NCBI GenBank assembly: GCA_049969615.1 | Contig: JBMFOM010000021.1 | Span: 1-22,358, forward strand | Direction: 5' to 3' | DNA: 22,358 nt | Source: a candidate division WOR-3 bacterium | GTDB lineage: Bacteria > Hydrothermota > Hydrothermia > JBDRYB01 | Shown here: positions 1-7,843 of the stretch, one piece after another | How positions within the stretch are numbered: the first letter of the stretch is position 1 | Layout: each line of letters begins with the position of its first letter | Program-made: the position numbers and the translations under genes | Notes under the pieces: model-generated | What the model was told of the DNA's origin: nothing | Databases searched by the model: none | The model's input: only the letters and a program-made list of their open reading frames with translations

Positions 1-28
1 ATCTTTACTCTTAACAAAGCTCATGAAA

Positions 29-80
29 GGGCACCACATAGAAATACTTCAGGTGCCCACTCAGGGGGAATGGTACCCCC
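29..80 (-). terminator. Two tandem hairpins downstream of the leftward sigma operon; putative intrinsic terminator
   Basis: GGGCACC(29-35)/GGTGCCC(52-58) stem is followed by TTTC on the minus strand. A second stem GGGGG(64-68)/CCCCC(76-80) lies right after the stop at 81. Confidence 0.45.
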
Positions 81-329
81 TCAGGCCCTGAGCAATTCCA
101 CTAGCCACTCCAACAACCTGTCCGCGCCCCGTTCAAGCTCCCTTATCTTTAGGGCTATGTCTGAGCGCTGGGCCATCAGCCGGGAATAGAGGGCGCCGGC
201 CCTGGTGTCGCCCTGAAGTGCTTGCTCCTCAATCCTGGTTAGAACAGCGTCAATCCTGGTGAGGGTGTCCCTCAGAACCCCCACTGGGTCCAGAGGTTCT
301 CCTCCACGAACTCCGCGAGCTCTCTGCAT
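81..329 (-). CDS. Small helical hypothetical protein, third ORF of the sigma operon; real start may be nearer 284-293
   Basis: Amphipathic helical ORF overlapping the end of 272..484, with a GGAGG site at about 300-304 on the minus strand. EQALQGDTRAGALY loosely resembles the 'A..GD..AA.L' segment of some phage small-terminase-like proteins (weak). Confidence 0.55.
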   Translation of the reverse strand: MQRARGVRGGEPLDPVGVLRDTLTRIDAVLTRIEEQALQGDTRAGALYSRLMAQRSDIALKIRELERGADRLLEWLVELLRA

Positions 330-484
330 CGTTCCTCGCCAAAACGCTTTCTAACCCAAAGGAGGCTCTTTCTCTCGTATATGATTGCCTCGGCTATTTC
401 AAGGAGATCCGGCCTCATGGCCTCAAGTCTGTCCAGGAGCAAGTTTCCCTTTCCAACCAAAACAAAGCCATTATCCCGCGACAT
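272..484 (-). CDS. Sigma-70 region-4-like small protein (C-terminal half of a split sigma factor)
   Basis: LLDRLEAMRPDLLEIAEAIIYERKSLLWVRKRFG follows the region-4 pattern L..L..LP....I.....YEG.S..EIA..LG. It has its own GGAG RBS 7 nt before the ATG. The recognition helix is poorly conserved. Confidence 0.55.
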   Translation of the reverse strand: MSRDNGFVLVGKGNLLLDRLEAMRPDLLEIAEAIIYERKSLLWVRKRFGEERCRELAEFVEENLWTQWGF

Positions 485-821
485 GTTCTCTCTCCAATTC
501 GTCTATGGACACGAAAATCATCCGTGTGGCCTTCTTTTTGAGCTTCCAGAGGTGCTTTTTCATCGCGCCTATGTAGTATTGTCTGAACTCCCTCCCTTTC
601 CCGGGTTTCCAAGAGGAGAGCACCTTGAACAGGAGGAGTCTCAGCTCCTGAGCCACATCCTCCTGGTGTCTGCCGTCCATGAAGTTGGCCGAGACCCTGA
701 GGATGTAGCGCTCCAGATATGAGTGCAGACGGACGAAGGCATCGGGATCGCCCATGCTCGCGGCCATCGCGGCCCTGTCTATCTCCGCCGCGTCGGGATT
801 CATGTTATATAGTGAATTCAT
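471..821 (-). CDS. Sigma-70 family (SigH/ECF/phage-type) factor, region-2 half
   Basis: Contains GDPDAFVRL, EDVAQELRLLLFKVLSSWKPGKG-EF..Y and VSIDEL, typical of sigma region 2 plus linker. Strong GGAGG RBS 8 nt before the ATG. Confidence 0.75.
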   Translation of the reverse strand: MNSLYNMNPDAAEIDRAAMAASMGDPDAFVRLHSYLERYILRVSANFMDGRHQEDVAQELRLLLFKVLSSWKPGKGREFRQYYIGAMKKHLWKLKKKATRMIFVSIDELEREHVAG

Positions 822-833
822 TTTTTATTCCTC

Positions 834-874
834 CATGGTTAATAGTGCTGAGTTTGACTCAGACCTTCGCCTTG
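834..874 (-). promoter_or_regulatory. Putative alternative-sigma promoter motif shared with the capsid operon
   Basis: Minus strand reads CAAGGC-gaaggtc-TGAGTCA-aactca-GCACTATTA-accatg, matching 11386-11424. Confidence 0.5.
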
Positions 875-900
875 CTTTATGCTCTGAAACTTCACCATGA

Positions 901-919
901 TCCGTTATATTATAACGGA
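901..919. promoter_or_regulatory. Perfect palindrome, putative repressor operator overlapping a -10 box
   Basis: TCCGTTATA-T-TATAACGGA (9-bp arms) sits between the divergent repressor and sigma genes and contains TATAAT on the minus strand. Confidence 0.65.
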
Positions 920-924
920 AAAGC

Positions 925-1590
925 GTGATGAAGATCAAGAGTATAACTAATATGCGTGAGGAAGGAGACACCATCGGTTCCCGCATAAAGAGGGCTAGGG
1001 AAATAAGGGGAATGTCTCAGCTCGGCCTGGCAAGGAAAATAGGGGTTCCGTTCCAGCGGATCTCTGAGTGGGAGAGGGGCATTGTCTCCCCTTCGGCCCG
1101 CTACCTGAGGGCCATAGCTGACGCGCTCTCGGTTTCTCTGGACTGGCTCCTTTCGGGTTATGGTCCGGCCGAAACCCCGCGGGAAGGGGAATCGCGGTTT
1201 GGCGTCTCGCTGGCTCCTGTATACGGCACAGTACCTGCGGGTCCGCCTTACGATCCTGGTGATCCCGGGGTCATTGAAGTGATGGGCATTCCGGCCGAAT
1301 ACTCGGGAAGGGATGTCTTTGGCCTCATCGTGAAGGGTGACTCCATGGCCCCCACCCTCATTGACGGAGACAGGATTCTGGTGGCCAGGGATGTGAAACC
1401 ACGGGACGGCCTGGTGGTCGTGGTTAGGCTGAACGGCGGAGAATACACAGTCAAGCGCATGAGAAGCCAGGGAAATCTTCTCATACTCTCTCCGGATAAC
1501 CCGAACTTTCAACCTGTGGTCGTATCTCCAGAGGATTCCTGCGACATAGTCGGTGTGGTGGTTGAGGTCATCAGGAGGTTAAACGCATGA
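925..1590 (+). CDS. XRE-family HTH repressor with S24 (LexA/CI-type) autopeptidase domain; likely start ATG 952
   Basis: HTH IKRAREIRGMSQLGLARKIGV..QRISEWERG, cleavage site VPAG, catalytic Ser in GDSMAP and Lys in TVKR. Confidence 0.92.
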   Translation: MMKIKSITNMREEGDTIGSRIKRAREIRGMSQLGLARKIGVPFQRISEWERGIVSPSARYLRAIADALSVSLDWLLSGYGPAETPREGESRFGVSLAPVYGTVPAGPPYDPGDPGVIEVMGIPAEYSGRDVFGLIVKGDSMAPTLIDGDRILVARDVKPRDGLVVVVRLNGGEYTVKRMRSQGNLLILSPDNPNFQPVVVSPEDSCDIVGVVVEVIRRLNA

Positions 1591-2669
1591 TCAGGGCTGA
1601 GCTTACATCCTGGCCGTGGAACAAAACACCCGCCTTCCTAATGATAGATGACCTCGGGAACATCAGGGTGGGTGAGACTCGTGAGGGGGACTGGGGGTTT
1701 TCCGGGCCGGGCCTGGATTCAACCTGGGAGTTCTTCGCGGAGACCTACATGCGCGCGGTGCCAAACCTCAAAGTGGCCCTCTTTGCCTGTCCTGGCAGGT
1801 TTCTGAACGCGCCTTCCTCGTCCGGGCTTGTGGTTCGGAGAAACGGCAAGTTCGCGGAGCTTCTGAGGATGGTCGCGAGAGAACGCTGGGCCGAAATCGG
1901 ATTTCACGGTATAGACCACACCACAGCCAACGGAAGGCCGGAATGCGAGACAGTTCCGAATATCCGGGACTGGTTGACACGCGGCCGGGCACTACTTGAG
2001 GAAATAACAGGGACAAAGATCATGGGCGGAAAATGCCCTGGGTATCAGGGATACAGCCGTGTGGCCGAGGGCCTGGAGCCCGCTGGGTTCCGTTGGTGGG
2101 TTGACGCGTGGGAACCCGTTCGTGGAAGGAGAAGGGGCCTACACGGAGGCCGGGGGATAATCTTGTCCGGGTCAGGGATCAGGCTCTTTCCCGCCAACAT
2201 TGGTGCATACACAGGCTTGTATGCCAGGCCCATCCCGATAGCCGAAAGACTCACCATGCCGATGAAAAGATCGAGGCTCCTGGCAAGGGCCAGGTTTCTC
2301 CTGGAGAAGGGCATTCCCGTGACCATTCAGACCCATTACGCGGCAGTCCGCGCCGACGGAAAAAGGCAGGTATATAACCTCTACGACGACAGGCCACTCC
2401 TCCTGCCCTTGTTGACCGGATTAAACGGCATGGTCTGGTGGGCCTTGCCGTGGGAGATATGCGATTACCTGGACACCGCGGAAAACCTGAGGTTTACGGT
2501 TGATGGTTTCAAGATAATCATTGATTGCGAAAGGCCCCTCTGGGAGGTCTCGCTCAGGGTTCACCCTTGCCCCACTTTCCTGAAGGCCCCTGAGGGCTAC
2601 AGGGTCTATCCCAAGGAAGGCCTCTTCACCTTCCTACCCCGGTCCGGGGAATACGAGGCAGTTTTCTAA
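1587..2669 (+). CDS. Polysaccharide deacetylase-like (NodB/CE4-type barrel) protein
   Basis: LMIDDL, EIGFHGIDH and KCPGY correspond to CE4 motifs 1-3. ATGA overlap with the repressor stop codon. Confidence 0.7.
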   Translation: MIRAELTSWPWNKTPAFLMIDDLGNIRVGETREGDWGFSGPGLDSTWEFFAETYMRAVPNLKVALFACPGRFLNAPSSSGLVVRRNGKFAELLRMVARERWAEIGFHGIDHTTANGRPECETVPNIRDWLTRGRALLEEITGTKIMGGKCPGYQGYSRVAEGLEPAGFRWWVDAWEPVRGRRRGLHGGRGIILSGSGIRLFPANIGAYTGLYARPIPIAERLTMPMKRSRLLARARFLLEKGIPVTIQTHYAAVRADGKRQVYNLYDDRPLLLPLLTGLNGMVWWALPWEICDYLDTAENLRFTVDGFKIIIDCERPLWEVSLRVHPCPTFLKAPEGYRVYPKEGLFTFLPRSGEYEAVF

Positions 2670-2730
2670 GTGAGCTTCTGGTTGTATTGGACGGAGTGTT
2701 TGCTTTACACTATTTCACACGGAGGATCCT

Positions 2731-3376
2731 ATGGGCCAGAGAGAAAAGCTTAAAATCATGATCTTGGCGCTTTTGCGCTTACTTGAAAAAGAGGGTGAGG
2801 CACCTTCCAAGACAAATTGAAAAAGAGGGTGAGGCACCTTCCAAGACAAAGATCGCCAAGCTTCTACTTCTTGCTGACCTCGCTTATTACAAAGAGCGAG
2901 GAAAATCTCTTTTGGAATCCACCTACACCAGGATGGCTTTTGGACCATGCCCTATGTCATTAGAGGAGATTTTGGACGAAGGGATAGAGGAAGGTCTCTG
3001 GAAGACCGAAGCTCGTCCTTTCCTTCATGATTCCGAAAGAGAGGTTTATGTTGTTTATATCCCCATAAACCCTATGCCAGAGCTGGAAGAAGACGCGGTT
3101 ACATTGCTGAAAAACACGATCAAGGAACATGGGTATAAGAAAGCTATAGATCTTTCAAAACTGAGCCATGATATACCTGCCTGGAAACAAGCGCGGGATG
3201 GTGATATATTGCTCCTGGAAGAGCTGGCGATCACAGACCCTGATGAATATGAGCTTACCCTGAAGATTGTAGATGAAATGGCGGATCCCACATCTGAAAA
3301 GACAAGACGGGCTCTAGATGATCTTCTAGAGGGCCGTGCTGATCTCAGAGTAAAAGGAGGGGATGGGAGTGCCTAA
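2731..3376 (+). pseudogene. Panacea (DUF4065/SocA-like) antitoxin frameshifted by a 34-bp tandem duplication; possibly still translated from TTG 2783
   Basis: GGAGG RBS + ATG 2731 reads MGQREKLKIMILALLRLLEKEGEAPSKTN*. Removing one repeat copy restores a 203-aa ORF with KTKIAKLLLLADLAYY..G, YTRMAFGP and LSKLSH..PAW, characteristic of DUF4065. Confidence 0.78.
2783..2850 (+). repeat. Exact 34-bp tandem duplication
   Basis: TTGAAAAAGAGGGTGAGGCACCTTCCAAGACAAA at 2783-2816 and 2817-2850. Confidence 0.97.
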
Positions 3377-3743
3377 TGCAGAAATGTCTCGTTTCACCGA
3401 AGCTCTTGAAGAGGTAGAGACAGGTCTCAGGGCTGCGGCGCGCCGAAAAATAGAAGAAATTGAAAGCGCACCTAAAAGGGCGGGTAGACTGCTTACGGGT
3501 GAACTCAGTGGCCCCAGAAAGGCTTATGTCAGAGAGAAGTATAGAATTGTGTATCTAATAATATCCGAGCTCTGTTCTATCATGGGGCTCAACGAGAATG
3601 AATTCATCCGAGATCGTCTTGGAGGGAAGCTAGCTGGGGATAGCATTATTTTCCTGACTTTTGAACCTAGAAGCGAGGAATACAAACAAGCACATAGCAT
3701 AGCCAGGAAGCTTAAGGGAACACCCAAGAGATCAATGAAATAA
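3363..3743 (+). CDS. RelE/ParE-superfamily toxin
   Basis: GRLLTGELSGPRKAYVREKYRIVY matches the RelE core. GGAGG RBS; overlaps the antitoxin end. Confidence 0.7.
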   Translation: MGVPNAEMSRFTEALEEVETGLRAAARRKIEEIESAPKRAGRLLTGELSGPRKAYVREKYRIVYLIISELCSIMGLNENEFIRDRLGGKLAGDSIIFLTFEPRSEEYKQAHSIARKLKGTPKRSMK

Positions 3744-3753
3744 AATGGTTTTC

Positions 3754-4824
3754 CTATTCGCGGCCCGATCTCCTCGCCCACGCCCCTGCCACCCGCATTC
3801 TGAAGCTCGGCAAGGGAAGAACCAGGGCCCTATTCATCGTGTGCCCCGTTGACCATATCCTCTTGTAATCCTCGTCCCCGCGCATGAAGTTGAACTCCCT
3901 GAAACCTTTATCCACACAGTATTTAAGGATGTGGGTCAAGTGAACCTTGCCGGGTGAGAGCTTAAAAAGGGCCGGGTCGTATGAGGTGTTCCAGTCCCAG
4001 AAAACCCCGTCCCTCAGGAATCCCAGCCTGTATGAGATTAGCGCGCTGTCTGCCCTCATCGTAAATATAAGGAGCCTGCCCGCGGCCTCGCACTCCCGGA
4101 TCATCCGCCGGGTAAAACCCGCGCTCTTGCCCAGGAACGGGCTTCTCCTCTCGCCGCGCTTTTGGTTCAGGGAGATGATCTCCGAAACAATGGCCTCATC
4201 GGCCTCTCCAAGGGCATCGTATTTTATCTGAAATCTCTCAAGCAGTTTTCGCACCTTCTTGTGGATGTCCCTCCTGGCGTTTCGCCCCGCGCCGCGCCAG
4301 AGGGCTTCGTATCCGATGGTGAGATCAGCGGAATAGACCCTAACCCAGTCCCGGAGGCTCGTTTCCAAAGCCCCCGACAAAGGCCGCGAGACCGCGGAGG
4401 ATTCCGGAAACTGCTCAAGTCTCAGCTCGTCCACTTTTGGGATGTTTCTCAGTGCTTCAGCGAAAACCGACGCAACCTCATCCGGTTTCACGCCGGGGGC
4501 CATCAAGAGGTCTGAGAAATCCGCCGGCCCCTGGGAGAGAAAGACTAGGACGCGCTTCTTGAGAATCCCTCGCATGGCCAGTGACGCCCTTCTCCTCTCA
4601 AAGAAACCACAGGCAGTCAGAGCGTTCCCATCCCTCATGGCAATCGCAATGGGTCTCCGGCTGAGGGTTTCCAGCCAAGGCATGAGCCACCACGGTTCCA
4701 TCTGGATTCCCCACGGATGAGCCAGGGCCCATGGCTCAGCCAACCGGATGAGCTCGGCTATCTCGCGTGGGTTTTCAATTCTCTCCGCCCTCAATCTTTC
4801 TCCTGATGCAAAAGGTGATTCCAA
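3754..4824 (-). CDS. GNAT-family acetyltransferase, CelD/BcsL type (start may be TTG 4794)
   Basis: PWWLMPW, ADFSDLL, YDPALFKLSPGKVHL and EFNFMRGDEDYKRIW motifs. Confidence 0.85.
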   Translation of the reverse strand: MESPFASGERLRAERIENPREIAELIRLAEPWALAHPWGIQMEPWWLMPWLETLSRRPIAIAMRDGNALTACGFFERRRASLAMRGILKKRVLVFLSQGPADFSDLLMAPGVKPDEVASVFAEALRNIPKVDELRLEQFPESSAVSRPLSGALETSLRDWVRVYSADLTIGYEALWRGAGRNARRDIHKKVRKLLERFQIKYDALGEADEAIVSEIISLNQKRGERRSPFLGKSAGFTRRMIRECEAAGRLLIFTMRADSALISYRLGFLRDGVFWDWNTSYDPALFKLSPGKVHLTHILKYCVDKGFREFNFMRGDEDYKRIWSTGHTMNRALVLPLPSFRMRVAGAWARRSGRE

Positions 4825-6679
4825 ACACCTTTACTCCGGCAACCCTCGCTATGGGCCTGAACCCAGCGTTCCTGAACGCCTTCATAGAGGGTTCGTTGCC
4901 ATCCAGGACAATGGCCTCGGCAACCGTAAGCCCAGCGTCTCTAGCGTCCCGCGAGGCCTGCTCCAGAACGCCGGTATATATGCCATGGCCTCTGAAGTCT
5001 GGCAGGGTCATGGAATCAAAAACATATGCAACGCCCGACCTCGCCTTGTAGCCGGTCCTCGGTTCGCGCTCGCCCCGCGTGGCCACCCAAGTTATGTGGG
5101 CTGGCTCACCGTGCCAGAAACCAATGTAGCAGAGTATTCCCCTCTCCAGCCTCTCCCGGTATATGGTCTCCATACCTTTCCTGAAGACAGGGAGCAAATC
5201 AGGATCAGAGACCCTCTCAATGGCAAGGCCATCGGGGATGCCGAAATCCTCCTCCCTATCAAGGGGCCTTCTGAGTAGGAACCCCCTGGTAATGCCGAAA
5301 AGGGCCCGCCGGTAAAACCACAGGCCCGGCAGGACAAAGAGCACTGAAAGAACTACTCTCCACCAGACGCGTCCGGACACAAACGAACCAATAGCAATCA
5401 GGGTTGCCCAGAGCAGTATCGCGATTAGCCTTCTCCACTCGTATGCCACGGGAAAACTCCTCTGGGAAGCGGCAAAAGTAAAGGCTGATATGAAAACAAA
5501 AGATATGAGGGTCGCCCATGCCGCGCCCATCATTCCAAAGTGCGGTATGAGAGTGAAATTGAGGAAAATATTCAATAGCGCGCCGGTGATGAAGGCTACT
5601 GATACCATGACGGGCTTTTTGAGTATGTGCAATCCTGCGCCCGTAATCCAGGTTGTTCCGAGAATAACATAGGAAAGAGCGATAAGCCCTATCACATCCA
5701 GCGCACCCCAATATCCCTTTGTGGCCATGGCCTTGAGTATTGCCGGCGCTAGGAGAAAAAGCCCCAGGGAGGCCCAGAGGCCGAAAAAGGCATAAAGGGT
5801 TGCTATCCGTGATATTGACTTCCTTGCCCTCTTGTGATCCCCTGCCTCCGCATATATCAGGGGTGGCCAAGCGAGCCTGAAGGGCTTGACCATGCCTATC
5901 TCAGTGAGCTGACCTATCTTGTATCCGACAGAATAAAGGCCAACCTGAGTCATGTCAGAAAACGACTGCAGAAAATACCTGTCGGACATGTTCAGGACCC
6001 ATGCCGCGAGGTTGCCCGGTTCAAGCGCTATTCCGAATCTGGTTATCTCACCGAGCTTCTTCCATGAAAAGGCTGGCCTTGTGCCCCAGAGTCCAACCGG
6101 CGCCAACAGCGCGAGGATTACCAGGTTGGAGACTAGGCCCGCCTCAAGTATGCCAGCAACGCCCCTCGTGAGACCCACGACGAAAAGAATGTTCAGGCCA
6201 AGCCGGAGCGCGAACCCGCCGAGGTTAGCCACCGTGTAAAGCGCGGGTCTTTTCTGCGCTCTCATCAGGTTCTGGAAAACCACAGTCCAAGCGCCAGTGG
6301 CAAAGCCAGCGGCCATGAGGACGATCAGGTATGGCCCCTGCGGACCAGAAACCAGGATGCGGGATACCGGGCCAGCCAGGCCTGATATGATCAGGGCGCC
6401 GAAGGTTGTCAGCGCAAAAACCGCGCCCATTGATGAATAGACGACCTGATCCCTCACCCGTTTATCCTGGTCAAAATAGAACCGTAGCATTCCAGAGGGT
6501 ATTCCCAGGGATAGGACTATGGTCAAGACGCCGGTCGTGACCGAAAGGATAGAAAGCACGCCATAATCAGCAGGGGTGAGGAACCTGGTGTATAGGGGCA
6601 AAAGGACAAAACCCACCAGCGGCGAGAGCATAGTGCCCAGGCCATAAATGAGGGTATCCACGAGAAGGCGGCGGATCAC
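4775..6679 (-). CDS. Wzx-like oligosaccharide flippase fused to a C-terminal GNAT domain
   Basis: TLIYGLG..LSPLVGFVLLPLYTRFLTPADYG, DRYFL, VGLYSVGYK and LIPHFGMMGAAWAT with many TM segments. The last ~170 aa are soluble and contain TLPDFRGHGIY and NEPSMKAFRNAGF. Confidence 0.85.
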   Translation of the reverse strand: MIRRLLVDTLIYGLGTMLSPLVGFVLLPLYTRFLTPADYGVLSILSVTTGVLTIVLSLGIPSGMLRFYFDQDKRVRDQVVYSSMGAVFALTTFGALIISGLAGPVSRILVSGPQGPYLIVLMAAGFATGAWTVVFQNLMRAQKRPALYTVANLGGFALRLGLNILFVVGLTRGVAGILEAGLVSNLVILALLAPVGLWGTRPAFSWKKLGEITRFGIALEPGNLAAWVLNMSDRYFLQSFSDMTQVGLYSVGYKIGQLTEIGMVKPFRLAWPPLIYAEAGDHKRARKSISRIATLYAFFGLWASLGLFLLAPAILKAMATKGYWGALDVIGLIALSYVILGTTWITGAGLHILKKPVMVSVAFITGALLNIFLNFTLIPHFGMMGAAWATLISFVFISAFTFAASQRSFPVAYEWRRLIAILLWATLIAIGSFVSGRVWWRVVLSVLFVLPGLWFYRRALFGITRGFLLRRPLDREEDFGIPDGLAIERVSDPDLLPVFRKGMETIYRERLERGILCYIGFWHGEPAHITWVATRGEREPRTGYKARSGVAYVFDSMTLPDFRGHGIYTGVLEQASRDARDAGLTVAEAIVLDGNEPSMKAFRNAGFRPIARVAGVKVFGITFCIRRKIEGGEN

Positions 6680-6807
6680 GAAGTCCCATAATTTTAACGC
6701 CCAGAAGGATCCGGGCGCAGGTTGGCCCGTCGCACGCGAGGGCCACGGATTGAGGAAATGCCCTCTTGGCTGGATTTTTAGGGGGTCCCTCTGAAACCCC
6801 CGTGGCC

Positions 6808-7236
6808 TCAGAATCTGACGGTGTGTACCCGGAGATAATAAAACCCGGCCTCTTTAGCTGGAACAGCCCCCACTATTCGCCAATGGGGGCCTTCCTCCCC
6901 TCGCTCAAGGGTCATACCTGGCCTGCCTTCAAATGGCCCGAATTCCTTTCCGTCTATGATGACATAAAGCTCGTCTTGCTTTTTGGCCCAAAACCCCCAG
7001 GTTGAGCCGTCGGAGGAGATTTCGGGCCCATATACGTCATCATAAGGCCCGTATTCTTTTGGCTCCCACTTCTTTCCGCCGATCCAGACAACCTCTCCGC
7101 CTTTCTTTTGTGCCCTGAAACCAATCAGGTTTTCCGAGGGTGAGAAGACCTCCACTATCTTCTTATACGGCCCATATGGGCCGAGGGCTAAAGTCTCTCT
7201 TAGATCCCTTTTCTCGTTTGCTTCTTTTGAGCTCAT
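6808..7236 (-). CDS. Hypothetical protein with about 2.5 internal beta-repeat units
   Basis: AGGAGG RBS. Repeats YGPY..I....SP....GFRA.K / YGPY..V....SSDG..WGFWAKK / DGKEFGPF. Confidence 0.7.
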   Translation of the reverse strand: MSSKEANEKRDLRETLALGPYGPYKKIVEVFSPSENLIGFRAQKKGGEVVWIGGKKWEPKEYGPYDDVYGPEISSDGSTWGFWAKKQDELYVIIDGKEFGPFEGRPGMTLERGEEGPHWRIVGAVPAKEAGFYYLRVHTVRF

Positions 7237-7354
7237 GTCTATCCTCCTTTTTCTCCTTCACGGGCATAGCTTAAAGCTCCCCATCAAGCTGTTTCAGCCC
7301 TCAGCCTCCGATCCACAAGCTTGCGGCCAGGCCAGGGTTTGAGCTATAAGAAAC

Positions 7355-7391
7355 CCCTGAAAAACCCGGTTTGTCAGCCTCATCATAGCTA
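7355..7391. repeat. Dispersed intergenic repeat, copy 1
   Basis: CCCTGAAAAACCCGGTTTGTCAGCCTCATCATAGCTA, identical to 19049-19086 except for a 1-nt indel. Confidence 0.9.
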
Positions 7392-7438
7392 AAGGCTTTC
7401 GTTGCCCACGGCAAGAGCGGGTAGTCAGAAGAACAGGC

Positions 7439-7843
7439 CTAGTCCTGATTGGGCGAGAAGGGGTCGCGCTTCATCCCCTCAAACGCCATGACCAAGAAGC
7501 CGAGGCCTCTGAGGAGCTCGTCTACAGGCATGCAAAGCATCCTCTGCCTGAGCTGCTCTATCCTCCTGGTCGCCCTCCGGTAGTCCCTGAATCTCCTGTC
7601 CGTGGAAACATCAAGGATGGCCAGGATGTGAATGAGCCGGTCAACTGAGGGTTCATCACCAAGGAGCGGAGCAAAGGCCTCTTCAACCGAGCCAAAGACT
7701 GCCTGGAGCCAGACCAATGTAAGGGCATTCGCGAGCCGAACCCTCACAGGGCCAAGACGGCCAAGCTCACCCCTGAGAAAACCCGTAGCTATGGCCTTTC
7801 TCCTCTCAAGATCCGCAATTGCCCTTTCGGTGAGCTTGTTCAC
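7439..7843 (-). CDS. Putative tail assembly chaperone-like protein
   Basis: Small helical ORF coupled by GTGA overlap directly after the tail tube gene; assignment from synteny only. Confidence 0.5.
   Translation of the reverse strand: MNKLTERAIADLERRKAIATGFLRGELGRLGPVRVRLANALTLVWLQAVFGSVEEAFAPLLGDEPSVDRLIHILAILDVSTDRRFRDYRRATRRIEQLRQRMLCMPVDELLRGLGFLVMAFEGMKRDPFSPNQD

Noticed and set aside
1-24. Possible start of a leftward gene (MSFVKSKD...)
   Set aside because: Only 8 codons are visible and there is no clear RBS.
2783-2850. CRISPR mini-array
   Set aside because: The two 34-bp copies abut with no spacer, lie within a coding sequence, and no cas genes are present.
7373-7386. C/D-box or hammerhead-like ATGATGA-GG-CTGA on the minus strand of the repeat
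   Set aside because: The boxes are only 2 nt apart, and the hammerhead CUGAUGA...GAAA core and helices are not formed.
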